The notes beneath the pieces were generated by a model. It was not told the origin of the DNA. It ran no database searches and saw only the letters and a list, made by a program, of their open reading frames with translations. DNA of 64,000 nt from Leucoraja ocellata (Eukaryota): assembly GCA_036785375.1 (NCBI GenBank), contig JAWMAR010000283.1:62001-126000 (forward strand), read 5' to 3'. Of the stretch, positions 1-13,080 are shown piece after piece (within the stretch, counting starts at the first letter, position 1; every line of letters starts with the position of its first letter). The position numbers and the translations under genes were made by a program.

Positions 1-690
1 GGGTATCTGTCTTTATCCCATCCTATTTCTCAGTGATGTGGGCGCCTGGGCGCTGAGCCTGGCTCTGAGGGCGCCGACGGCTGATGCTCCTCTGGGGCAC
101 GCAAGAAGGGAGAGAAGCGGCATCCTCGAGATCCTGGGGAGGTGAGATGGGAGGGTGGGGGGATTGAGGGAGAGGGAGGGGAAAGTGGGGGAGGGGAACG
201 TGAGGGAGAGTGGGGGATAGAGGGAGAGGGAGGGGAGAGGAGTTATGGGGGGAGGGAGTGATTGAGGGTAGGGGAAAGGAGAGATGAGGGAGGTATTGGG
301 GAGGGTAAGAGGAGAGGGGAAAGAAGAGGGAGCAGGTGAAGAGGGAGAATGGGGGAGGAGGGGGGAATAGGGAGGGGAATGGGGGAGGTGAGGAGGGATA
401 ATGGGGGGATAGGGGAGATGAGTGGGGGAGGAGGGGGGTAGAGAGGGGAGAGGAGTTATGGAGGGGGGAGTGACAGGGTAGGGGAAAGGGATGGGAGAGA
501 TGAGGGAGGGATTGGGGGAGGGGAGGAGGAGAGGGGAATGAAGATGGAGGGTGAAGAGGAGGGGGTGGAGTGCTTTGGGATGAGGGGAAATGAGCCGTGC
601 CTGCGCAGTTGGGGGCTACGGGTGAGTGGTGGAATATTGCGTTGGAGAATGGATTGTGTTGGGGGACCCAATGGGTCCCACTTAGTCTAG
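1..690 (+). mobile_element. 3' part of a non-autonomous Helitron-like element (5' end lies outside the window)
   Basis: Canonical Helitron 3' end: hairpin GGGACCC-AAT-GGGTCCC (663-679), then 11 nt ending in CTAG (687-690), then T. The terminal CCACTTAGTCTAG matches CCACTTAGGCTAG of the element at 45871-46424 at 12/13 positions. Composition switches abruptly to AT-rich host DNA after 690. Confidence 0.75.
135..590 (+). repeat. G/A-rich low-complexity tract inside the Helitron, with an imperfect internal duplication and G-quadruplex potential
   Basis: Dozens of GGG-GGGGGG runs. The motif GGGGAGAGGAGTTATGG...AGGGTAGGGGAAAGG..GAGATGAGGG occurs at about 232-290 and again at about 445-507. Confidence 0.9.
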
Positions 691-2299
691 TAAATCAATA
701 AAAATGTAATATTTTATTTTGCGTTGATAAGGAAATATTTTTTCACATACAAACACAGAATACAATTTCAAATGCATAAAAAGTCATCAATTTAAGAATA
801 TAATTTGTGTTCTGTTAGCCATGAACAAGATATAACACTCAATAGAAAATCGACAGTTACCTTTTTATGGTTGTGTATAAAAAAACATGCAAAGTACTTT
901 GTGTGACATATTTTGCCAGTCCTATCCAGCATCAGTGTCACACAAAGAAATATGAGGATATACTTCTGCCATATGCAAACCAAAAATGCTAAGCTGGAGA
1001 ATGAAATTAAACTATTCATTTGAATTACAGAGGATCATTTTATATGTGCTCTTTTTTTTTGTACGAGGGGGGAAAATCTATCACTGTCCAAACTTATGCA
1101 CACTGAGATGAGCTGATTGTGTTTTTAATCATTAGTTATTAAATTAGAATCATCGGCAATATTTTCTCAGTTTATAAAGTGTTTCATTTTCTTACTGCTG
1201 CAAACACTGTTCCTTCCAACATCCATCATTGAAACTATAGTTTGGCAAAATGGTAGCCTCATAATAACAAGAAATCGGTGGAGTGATGGGTAATGAAGCT
1301 TTGCGTGTGAAGACAGCACAAAAATGCTGTCGGGCCCATTGCATGAATATTATGGCAAGGGAATCAGTGAACTTTCTCAGCCATCAATCTTCTTTGTTTC
1401 CTTTTTCACATCCAAATATTTTGATAGATGTTCTGCTAATTGAGTTATCTATCTTTGTAACTATCAGAGTTGCATAAAAATTGTCCTCACATGCAACTGA
1501 ATTTTAAGTGTATTAATGGACATCCCATGGATTTTTGTGAGATATAATCACCTTGTTTCCTTTATTGCTATTGTATTTTTCCATACTATCAGACAGAGCT
1601 CTTTAAAGTGTCCAGTGACTATTCAATTAGCTTCTTTGGCCTGAGATTACTACCATCACCATCTATCATTACCCTTTGATTTTGCCTTGAAAATATCTTC
1701 CTTTGTTTTAGGTATTAAATATGCTTTCTTCCCAGAATGAATGTTTCAGATCATGATATTTACATCTCAATTGTCAAATTATTACTGCATAACTCCTTTG
1801 ATATGTTGCATTCTTATTCAAATAAAGAACTTGTGAATTCCTCATGGGTTGCACGTCAAAAGATGTCAGGAAAAAGAGATCTGAGGACTGATGCTATGGG
1901 GAGATGTTACCTACGCAACAATTTTTTGAATATGTGGCTCTGTGATAAAGAGGTTATCAGTTGCAGAAGCGTCTACTCTGACCTTCCTGCGTCTGTTGTT
2001 TGAGTGTCTGCTCAGTTTTCATCACTAAGTTTTGATGTTTAGTTAGACTTTATCAAAACTAATGCCTCTGAAGTACTATACTAACAGTAATCACATGATC
2101 AAGATCATATTGAATATTATAAAGACTGGCTTGGGTTATGTACTGCAAGCAGTGAATTTGCTGGATGATTTTGAAGGCTATAGTTAGATATTTAGAGGAG
2201 AGAGGGATTTACCAGCACTGTTGTGTTTAGAGCATTTGAGAATATGAAGTTCTAACCACCTTGAAGCAGTCTGCTGCTGTCCAGAGTTAATCAGCTGCA

Positions 2300-2560
2300 G
2301 AATTTGTAAACTGCACATGTGTCAGAGTTGAAAATGTTAGCAGTCAAAGAGAAGCTTGAAAAGGTTATATCTGATAAAAGCCGTCAGCAGTTGACTGAAG
2401 TGATTTATGGGAATGTAATGGCACAAAATGCCTCATTTATCACTCGTGTGGGTAGGTTAAGGTTTCTAATGTCGTATGTTATAATCATTGACCACTTGGA
2501 ATTGTCAAAATGGTTCAGCATTGACCTTCTTACTTCTCACTTCAAATTGTTCTTGTTTGT
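2300..2560. promoter_or_regulatory. Candidate conserved enhancer with PBX-HOX/MEIS grammar (CDIN1 last intron)
   Basis: TGATTTATGG at 2401-2410 (+), TGATAAATGA at 2433-2442 (-), TGACAA at 2502-2507 (-), in unique non-repetitive sequence. Confidence 0.55.
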
Positions 2561-4825
2561 TAATGTAATTTTCACAGAGATTATATTACAGGCAATTTTT
2601 GTATGTTTTCATTTAAAACCATTCTCACTAAGAAGTTTTAAACAGTCCATCATTGAATTCAAAGCATCATTGACTATAGTTATTGAAATTTTAAATTAAT
2701 TCTAATGTTTTTGAATTAATTTAATGCCATTAATGACAAACTCCTAGATGTATTTTTACATAAGAAATTATTCCGACAATGTTTACCTTGCTATTTTGAT
2801 TTACTCAAAAAAAATTCCAGATATTTCAAGGATTTGTAACTGATTTACTGAAGTTATATTGCTTGGAGCGAATTATCTTGATTACATTGGCTGTAGTCAG
2901 CTGCATTCAGCCGTTCAAACTGCATTTGCTGTGAAAAAATGAATCTTGGGACTTACTGACATATTCAGAATATCTGGTACAAGATCTGAAGCCCCACTGA
3001 TTTCTAGGGCCAGATTTAAGACACTTTTGAAAAAATATTTTGCTGCGGTTTAATATGTTATTTATCAGTGTTGTAAAAAAAATCTCAGGATATCAAAAGC
3101 ATTTAAAAACTCTTAAAATGACTTGCAGATTTCACAGCTGACAAAACTCTGCACCCCTCCTTTCTCCACTCATCTACCTTACCACCCCACGTCCAGATTT
3201 CTGGCTGTTAAGGTACTTTGGGGAAGGGCCTCCTCTCTATTCCACTGATAGTGCAGACATCTGTCACATCAGAGCCGCTGGACCCAGGGGAGTGGAGGGA
3301 CACCTCCAGTCCAAGTAAGTGCAGGTATGCGAGGACCCCAGCTGGTAATCCAGGCGATGGAACAGTTCTGTTCTGCACAGCCTGGCCTGATTTTACATTA
3401 AAACTAATGGTGGCACTAAATAAAGAAGAAAGTCAAAATAACTGCAGCAAAATTAATGAAAAGTCAGCTGTATAATCTTATCCAAAACTATTTACAAAAT
3501 TATATTGAGCCCCTGATGCTTAGTGAATGCATCTGTTAATATTATTATGAAATTTAAGTTCATGTGACAGTGTACAATGCAAGTGAATACGTAATCAAAA
3601 GTGGAAAATAATATTCAGTGAATTACTATGTGTAGAGATTGACTTCTGGACAATATAAAAGTATGATTTCTAGCTTTCTAATTTCAAAACTGTTTCTGTG
3701 GGGATATACTTTCTACACATAATATTTTCTTGAAACCCATAATTGTTGAAGTTGCTGCCATAGCCCAGAACTACATATATACATGACCTGTGTGGTGAGA
3801 ATCAAATTAGGATGATTTCCATTCTTAAGTAATTCAAATGCACCACAAAATCTGTATAGATTTCTAATAACAACCAAAACATGTTGGAATAAGTAGACAC
3901 AAGAAACTGCAGATGCTAGTTTACAAAAGAATGGAATAACTTGGTATAAAACTATTTACACTTATGAAGTACCTAATTACATGGTGTAAAAATAACTTAA
4001 GTTACTTAAACAACGAAGTTGAGTAAGTTTTAATGTTAATTCTTCAAGCAGGGAAAAATCTTTTCAGTATCCAAATAAAAGTTAGGCTAATAAAATCTTG
4101 TAATTTAATGCATTACAGAAGTTAAGTATGAACATAAGGTAACATTAAAATAATTATGGATTACATCAATTGCTCTACATGAGGACTGGTGTAAATTACT
4201 ATGTAAACAGAAAGCACGTTAGAAGTTTTCCTAGGTAGAGTTTTCCTGCTGCTTTTTTTTAGCAAACTCAAGGTTATTGCCAATGCCTAATTGGCTCTGC
4301 AGTGATCAAGAAATTAAGTTTGATTCTTAATGGGGGTAATCATACAATTTTTTCCTATCTCAGCCTAAATAAAACTCACTCTTTAATTAATTGAAGAAAG
4401 CTGCAATCCAAAATATTTCATCACATCTCACCATCCAGTGGATGTTGTCACACCTCCAAACAATCTACTTTATCATTTCAAAATGTCACCTGTACAGTTG
4501 ATTTCACTTCAGATAGCGGATACCAACTTAACATAATTTATCTACTATGGCATTTCATTCTTATTTTTATATAATGTCCAATTTATTTACATTTCATTCA
4601 ATCAAGAAAACGAGAGAAGCCTACCCAAATTAATCCATGTTCCATTTCCTTGTTCACACATTTTTGTGTTGATACCTCAAATCCATGTCTATCTTGTCTA
4701 CAACTCCCCATTAGTTTACTTTGCCTGCTCACAGCACTAAAATGGCACTAACCAAAACTAATTCATAATCTCTCCCATCTGTCTGCATGATTTGTTTCAT
4801 TCTTTAACAGTGGCACTCCATTGCT

Positions 4826-5110
4826 TTAGACTTCAGAGATACAGCATGGAAACAGGTGCTTCGGTCCGCCAAGTCCATGCAGACCAGCGATCATCCCGTA
4901 CAGTAGCACTATCATACACACTAGAGACAATTTACAGAAGCCCATTAACCTACAAACTTGTACGTCTTTGGAGTGTGGGAGGAAACCGGAGCACCCAGAG
5001 AAAACCCATGCAGTTACGGGGAGAATGAGCAAACTCCATACAGACAGTACCTGTAGTCAGGATCAAACCCATGTCTAGCACTGTAGGGCAGCAACTCTAC
5101 CGCCATTGTG
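4826..5110 (-). mobile_element. tRNA-derived V-SINE (HE1-like)
   Basis: Reverse complement contains the V-domain (TGTCTGTATGGAGTTTG...GGGTGCTCCGGTTTCCTCCCACACTCCAAAGACG) and a CR1-type tail (CCTGTTTCCATGCTGTATCTCT). Homologous to the copies at 17405, 22402, 37112, 44029 and 46470. Confidence 0.9.
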
Positions 5111-5489
5111 TTGCTGTTCAGTTCAACGTGATTACTGCCTATGGTTGTATCTTTACCAAGCCAATCGTAACCAGAACACTGTCAAGAAGACTTTCTGTCC
5201 CTGCTTCTCCATTGTTCTTCCAGAGTGCTCTGGAATGTTTCATTGGGCTTCCCCTTAACCAGATCTACATCTTGTATTTGAGCAATGTCATCTTGAGCAT
5301 GGGATCACCTTTATTGTGCATGTTGAGTAAGATTTAGTTGTTTATCTCCACCATCCTTCTGGACCCTCCCTCTGTTTTTCTCATTTTATCTCCATCTTAT
5401 AGTGATATGGTCATTCACGGATAAGTGGCAGTTTATTGCAGTTAATCTCTGAGATTACTAATGCCATCATTTAGAAATACTATGGCATC

Positions 5490-5745
5490 TGCGCCAAGGA
5501 CTGGCAGATGGAATTTAACTCAGGCAAGTGCGAGATGTTACATTTTGGCAAGTTAAACCATGACAGCCTTTACACAGTTAAAGGTAGGGCCCTGGAGTGT
5601 TTTATAGAACAGAGACCTTGGGATATTGGGCCATAGTTTGCTGAAAGTAGCGGCGCAAGGTGGTGAAAAGGTGTTTTCGGTCTGAGCAATGAGTACAGGA
5701 GTTGCGACACAATGTTGCAACGGTACAACTGAGTGGTGAGACCAC
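5490..5745 (+). mobile_element. Old CR1 LINE ORF2 fragment
   Basis: Translates to WQMEFNSGKCEMLHFGKLN, the typical CR1 post-RT motif; degenerate afterwards. Confidence 0.75.
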
Positions 5746-6647
5746 TCCTGCTCTCCTTGACATGATCTGAGGTTAATGTAGAATGTTTAACCCTAATGGC
5801 TTCATGACTCCACAGATTCCATTGATCTCCTTGACATTATCAGAGGTTCATGTAGACTGTTTCAATCTTAACAGCTCCAAACTGATCTTCCATTCCCAAA
5901 TACTATCCATGCCCTACATTGGCTGCCAGCTAGCTGTAAGCCCTCCTGCACCTGCCTCCTCACCCCATTATATCTGTTGCTTAAGCACTCATTTCCAATT
6001 TTTATAGTGCAATTCTCTTACATCTGACATCTCTTTTTTGTGCAAGTATAAACTCATCGAAAATGTTGCATCCACAGGCCATTCCAAAAGAGAACAATGT
6101 GTTTAGAATGTTCTGAACCATTTATATTCATGAATTTTACCACAATGGAATAGTTTTCAAATGACTGCACATGTAACTTTCTTGAAAATTTATGCTTGTT
6201 GCCATTTTTTTGCCAAATTGGCCTTAAACAAGATTTAGATGAGGCATGAAGATCAATGAAAAAGTTGTTAGAATAAAATGTTGCTCTGACTGCTGGTAGC
6301 ATGAAAGAACATGACACATATTGCAGAAAGATTCTGCTTGGGAAATATCATCTGGGATGAGCTTTGGATGATGAAAAATCAGCATTGATACTCCACATAT
6401 AAAGAAATGATTGTGCAAATTGTGGCAATATCACAGCTTGCCACAGACACAAGGCATCTGACAGTAAATACTTTATCTTACTGTACATCCTCAAATGAAA
6501 AGATATTTCTGATCCCATCTCCGAATGCTGCCTTTCTCCTGAAGCAGTTCCCAGCATCTCTTTTTCTTCCATGTAGAACAAGAGGTCACAGGCTGCCAGT
6601 TTACGGAGAAGTGGTATCCATTAACCGCTTAGAGACAACGGATGTAG

Positions 6648-6772
6648 AGTCATAGAATCACACAGCACAAAAACAGACCTTTTAGCCCAAATCGTCCATG
6701 CCGCTTGTCCCATTTGCCTGTATTTGGCCCATATCATTCCAAATCTTTCCTACCCTTGTACCTGTCCAAGTA
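6648..6772 (-). mobile_element. CR1/HER1-like LINE 3' tail fragment
   Basis: GTCATAGAATCACACAGCAC...TTGGCCCATATC...GTACCTGTCCAA resembles the tail at 41481-41600. Confidence 0.65.
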
Positions 6773-8329
6773 TTTCCTCTCCAGCTTGTAAAAACATTGG
6801 TAAGATTTTATTTCATTTAACTTCATAAAACAAATCAGGACCACAAAACACCCTAAAGTGTCCTGTTGCTACTTCTTTTGAAGTGCAATTTCTACAATGT
6901 TGGAAGCATGGCAACTAATTGTATTCTGCAAAATTATATATAAATTATACATAAACTATACATAATTTGCACAAAAAATTCTTAAAGAAAAACTGTGCAA
7001 AAGAACAACACATTAGAGCAAAAACATAATTAGAAAAATAGCAGGTCCATTGTAGTGCAAGAGTGTTCCATTGTCCAGATGGGTTTAGGGTTGTGTAAGT
7101 AGATAGTCATTGAGGTGGAGATGTCATTTTATATAGAACATTTTAGTCTACAGTAACGTATATATTCCTGTTCATTTGGTGATGATGTCCATATACTTTA
7201 GTCTGTCGTGATAATTTGTCTCATATTTGATGAATGGAAATAATTTGTCGGGTGAAATTTGCCCGATCTCTGCATATTGACCAAATATGGAGAATCGTGG
7301 AAAAGCTAGTTATCATCGCTTCTGCAAGATAAATATCCACAAACTACTCTTCCTACTTTCTGAGTACAAAGCGTTTCATCGTGAAGCTGAAATGACTGAC
7401 TTTAGATTTTATGCATTTTGAATGCAGTTTCTTTGTGAACTCAATCCTTGCAGTGTTATAGATAGTGTATTAAGATAAGATCTACAAAAATGATCTATTA
7501 AATAATTGACATACAGCAAATTTATATGGGTTTACCTGTATACTTGGCAAAATCTTTGCTTGAATAATTATAATTTATATTTTAATTTTTTAACCTGGTA
7601 TACTACGAGCTTCTGCTATATATTGTTTTATGTACTATCAATTTTATTGAAATGAGCAAAATTTGACAAAAGAAAATCACTGTTCTCATGAAATAGTTAT
7701 TGCAAAAAATATTTTAATAGGAACTCATCTCCCATTTAAGTGGTGCAATATCTAAGTCTAGCCAAGCCAAATAAAGTGTACAGCCTTTCAGAATACGCAT
7801 AAATCCATGTTATTGATTTGAAATACAACCAACTGAACTGCATCTAAACTTACACGAGTTCTAACAAGTAACAACAAAAATTCTTTGGAAATAAAAATCC
7901 TTAAATTTTTTTTAGGAATTTCACTTGCATGGATTCACATGGATTCTTAAGCATGTCGTGTTCAAAAATTGTAATTTTAATGCTGATTTTTAGAAAGTGA
8001 CTAAAATATCAAAGATATAAGTTTTAGTAATTCATAATTTTAAAAAAATAGAGCATTCTTTAAGGTCTCAATATATTTAAATATAAAACATTAAAAGTTC
8101 TTAGGGGTCAATGATAAATATTATAACATTTAATTGTATCTGGTAATTTAACTTTGGGTTTCTAGATAGGCAAAATAAAATTGTATGTTTTAACATAGAG
8201 ACAATTCTCTGCCACCTGCTTTTCATTTTTACACTCCTTAAAATGTTGAGGGGACTGAATGGCATTCTAACACATTGAAAACATTTCTCAAGTTAAACTC
8301 CTTAAGTGGTTCATTTTATGTATACACAC

Positions 8330-9450
8330 ACACAGTTAGCTTTGTAGTAAGTGACAGTGAAATGCATTAAAAGCCTTAATTACAGGGCAAGGGGAGAGAG
8401 AAAAGTGCAAGTCTCTCAGCAGATGATCATTCAATGGTACACCGAAGGTTAAAAATGAGCATTCATGCGTGATTCAAAGAACTGCCAGGAGTAATATAAT
8501 GCAATGCTCCATTTTGGGTCTTTGAAGGCTTTACTGTAAAATATATTTAATTAAAGTTTAATCCATGTTCTATTCTGTAGATAAGCCCCGGAATGCCTTT
8601 ATGTTTAACTTTGTCCAAAATCCCATTAAAGGACTAAAATCTTGCAGAATAGGTATGGAATCAAGCTGTATACATACCATAATAGACGTATTTCTTACGA
8701 TTGCAGTCTGTATGATAGAAATCTGATCTGCAACACCTTTTGTTTTTATTTCTTATAAATAATTCAATAAAAAGTCAAAGATGTGCTTTTTTTCTTTATT
8801 GCTTTTAGCTATGGAGCACCTTCAAGTCAGACTAATTGATAGGCAACTGCTTTGGTGTGGTTTGAATGGTATTGCTGTTGGCAAGCTTGTAGACAGCACA
8901 GTCTGTTGTTTATAAATAACCCTGACTTATTCTTGTTTTAGAGCCCAATGTCCCTTCCACAACCTTGTCCTTTCCTGTGTAGGTTTGTTAGCACTGTTTG
9001 CCTTCACCTCAGTGCACAGCAATCAATTACACTGGCCAGTTTGTTGTCGCGGTGAAATACACAAACTGCAAGCTCTTACAAGACGGCCTCTTTTTCTATA
9101 ACAAACTCCTCTTATTAAAGGTGGAATGCCGCCAATAAAAAAAATGACCGCTGAGTCCTTTTAATAAAGATTTTTAGCAACTTTTTTTTATTGTTAAGCA
9201 ATTCAATGTTTTTTTAGTGAATTGACTTTGTATCTAATAAAGCACAGGGGATGTTGCTGAATAGCAATGTACCCATTGAGCACGATTAAACAGCATAAAC
9301 AAAAGAACTGATATTTTACTGGATTCCTTTTGCAACCAATTTTGTTTCATTACCTCGTCAAGGAGTTGTCATATTAAATAAAAGCATGAAAATATCTTGG
9401 TGCTCAAAAGGTTAAGCAGCCAACTTTGTTGAAACAAGAGGTCAACTAAT
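8330..9450. promoter_or_regulatory. Candidate conserved non-coding element cluster
   Basis: Unique, TE-free sequence dense in homeodomain (TAAT/ATTA) cores, with TGACAG at 8352-8357. Conservation is inferred, not computed. Confidence 0.4.
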
Positions 9451-11299
9451 TGCAACTTTTGATTAAATCATTCAGTATCGTATTGTAAGTCGCCAACTGC
9501 ACAAAATGTGGACTTTCATAGTTAACGGTTGTGGACAAGTCTTAATGTACTAATCATTGTAACCTCCTGAATCTGGTTTGTCTGCTTTCCTGTTGGCCCG
9601 AATATCAACTTTAACCTTCAACCTTCTCATTCATGTATCACTACAAATAAAACTGCAGAGATTTGACAAGAGGATATAAAATCACTGTGCCTGAGATCTA
9701 CATATGATTTTCTTTAAGTTAAATTTAAAGGTTCTGTTACCTGTTTTAAAATGTATTCATATAATTTTTGGACTTATTCTATAGTAGATTTAGATTTGGT
9801 CTGGTAAATATCCTTGTGTATACTTTGATACACATCTATCCAGATGCTTAATACTTTGTTCACAATCCTATTTAAGTTTGCATTCCCAGCAGAATCAGAC
9901 AGCCACATGTCTGAAAGGTTTTTATCACCTATCAAGAAGACCAGTGAATTTACAAGATGGAATACATTCTCATACTTGTATGCTTACTACATATTGTACA
10001 GTTTGTTACATGAATACTGCATTCTAGCACAGAAAATCCAAAAGGCTCTGTGAAAAACAGTTTTTGATCAGATTAGTGACCAGGTCTGTTAAGTGTTTAT
10101 AGATGGAGGTAGTGAAGCAGAAACTTGGGATAAGGACCTCTCATGTCGACTGCCTGACCACTAACAAAGCATGACCTGTGGTCAACATGCAGCAGCAACA
10201 TGGTACATGCCATCTAGAAGTATGCACCTAACCTCGCCCTCCAGATGAAAGATATGACATGTTGGCAAAGGCCCAGTTGGACCCTAATTAGGCAGGAGAT
10301 TTATTTTAAAAGCACCGTTACTTTTGTTGTATTACCTGCGTATGTTTCTACATTTTGCCTCTAGACGGTTGCAGCTGGACGAATGTTAACAGTTCTCTTG
10401 TCAGACGATTTGCCTTTGCATCATTATTTCTTTCATGCAATAAAATCTCAATGAAACCCATGGCTTATGCCCTTACTTTTTAAAAGTGAACACGTTTTTG
10501 AGGTGACCATGTGCTCATGGGCTGCTAACAAGATTTATCCGCCCAAAATGCTAAAAAATAATCATTCAATATGGCCAAAATATTGCTTATGATATCAAAT
10601 CAAAAGTTAGATTTCATTTTGTCTGCTAGCTCTTGTTCTGACAAGCTTGTGGGTCACATTTATCATGGATGTATACTGAAATATTGAAAACACAATATGT
10701 TTGGTTTCAAAAATGGGGTGACTACACCAATACATTTGCAAATGAAAACAATAAAATTAAATAAGGGTACATAAATAATTTCTTAGCTATATTTATTGTT
10801 TAAAAGCTGATGTTTAATAATCACACTGGCTGATCATGTCTTAATGTTATCATTATACGTTATAATTATAAATACCCTGTAAAACCTTGAATTTTGATTT
10901 ACAGAGCAGAGCAAAGCATTTGGATTATTTAGGTAATAGAAATGAAAATGAAGTGGAGAGGAAAGCCTGTATAAAATCTTTCCTGTGAAATCACAAAAAT
11001 GATTGGTATTGTTGCAACAGTAGTTTGACTGGGTGCATCTTTAATGTCTATGAATATTTGTGATGCATGCACAACACATTCCTCTTTGAGATTAATGAAG
11101 ATTTCTTTCAGATATTTAATTTTTATTTTGGATAACTTCATCAAATGAGCTGTAACTAATAACTTTTCTTAACTATCCATTGGCAGACCACTGTTGGGTA
11201 TTTGAGCTTTACTGTGCCTTTACATTACTCTATGGCTTCTACAATGCTAATGCAGTTCACTATGATCTATATTAGTACTTTATTACCCCTTTTGAAGCA

Positions 11300-13080
11300 A
11301 ACCTTTTTTGCTGAAATATTGACAGTATTCACATTTACATAGATGACAGCCCAGAAACTGAACAATGACTTCTGCAATTGCCAAAGTATTCTGAAAACTG
11401 ATAAAAGCAGAAATATAGCTTTTGATGGATATGGTGTGCATACATGATTTGTGAAACATCTCCTGCTGTCAGAAGCTTGGAATTCACTGAATATTTTTTT
11501 GTGTGCTTGGAGAACCCGAGATTAACATCATAGCCATCTCTTTAGATTTCAGCATTCAAATCTTACATTTAATAGCTTTTTAAAGTTTTTTTCTAAACAG
11601 CAATTAGTCTCATTTATTGCAATTTCCAAGTGCCAGAAGTTCCTCATTGAATTGCTGTTTTGTTCATATTTGGCTTTGGCTTTGCTGCATACTCATTAAA
11701 GGACCAATTAATGTCACCTTTAGCTGAAGACTATTCATTTTTATTGAGAAAATGACAGTTGCTGCCATGAGTGGTGCAGTGTAATATGCATTAATTGCCC
11801 TGTAACACTGGTAATTACAAGTTTTTCAGGGCTCTCGGTTAACTGTCACGTCCAGACTGGAATGCACCAAAATAGATTACTCATTAAAGAAACCTGTCCT
11901 GTTTTCCATTCTGTTCCCAGTGTTAGTTTAAAAAAAATAATAATTCTGGTTCTTGAACAAATAGTTGCCATGAGCAATTTCCTGTAACAACTTCCCTCAG
12001 ATAGGTTTTTCAGCCATCACTTCATACTATGGTCAGCAAAGAGACAGGATGCAATTGGTGCTGGCGATCATGACAAAAAGTCAAATAGCAGTAAATGGAG
12101 AAGGCTTTTAAAAAAAATAAATTCCAACTTACAACTTTAATTCCGATTATATTTGTTGTATAATGCGAAGAATATGTATTGATGTAATTATATTATTAAT
12201 ATAGGTATAAATGGCAGTGCATTGTTCACATTGTTTATGTGGCCTAATCGAAAAAAATACAATGCATTAATGGCTGTTTTGCAGTCAGTATTGTTAAAGT
12301 GTTCGCTTTTTTCCTTCCCTTGCATTTGAACACAACAAAGAAACACAAGTGGAGAGGCCTTATCTTTCTGACATCTGTGAAATTCACCAGCAGCAGTCAT
12401 AGTTTCTTTTTATCTCCGCATAGTACTGAACTAGCAAATGAAAATCTTTATTTTAACACCTGCTTTAGGCACTCCAATTTTTCTTCCTTTAAATTAATTT
12501 TGTCACGGCCTTTCAAATTCTCTTTCACTGATGGGATAATGAAAGTAGAAGGCACAATTTGTGCTGACCAGGTACCAACTGCCAGTGCACAGCTGAGCAT
12601 AGTTAGAGGAGAAGGAGCATCATATCAATGATTTAATCATTACTGTAGTCATTAATATAAAAAGACCTTGGTGTATTTATCTGTTTTTATTGGCATGTAT
12701 TTATCGAATTGTTTATGACAAGAGTAATTGGGGTAATTTTAGACATTGAAATTACCTGTCAGCTGTATGTAACCACACTCCTTTCCCCTCTGACAAATGG
12801 TGACAACTGAGGGACCCATAGCATTACTCATGATGGCTTCTCTAGTGGTAATAAGGACAATAGGGGCCTGGATAATTTGACATGGACAGCCTTCACAACA
12901 AGAAACCAACTAAATGACTGTCAGTGGGGGGAAAGGAGTTGGAAAACTAATGGAGTCCCCCATGGCGCTCTGACAGGGAGATGAGGCAATTTGAACGGAA
13001 AGTGAAAGGCCTTCAGTTTGTCAAGTATTTAGGGCCATCAGACAACAGCTAGAGGCTGGAACCTGACAATATATCTGAAC
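11300..13080. promoter_or_regulatory. Candidate large enhancer block with clustered MEIS sites
   Basis: Eight TGACAG/CTGTCA sites (11320, 11344, 11466, 11753, 11843, 12756, 12918, 12971), RFX-like GTTGCCATGAGCAAT (11964), palindrome AATGATT-T-AATCATT (12627-12641), and no TEs. Confidence 0.6.

Noticed and set aside
456-671. Pro/Ser-rich 71-aa ORF
   Set aside because: It is the antisense translation of the G-rich tract within the Helitron.
2319-2699. 126-aa ORF, and similar intronic ORFs at 12299 and 20941
   Set aside because: No recognisable protein similarity or convincing splice sites; they overlap candidate non-coding elements.
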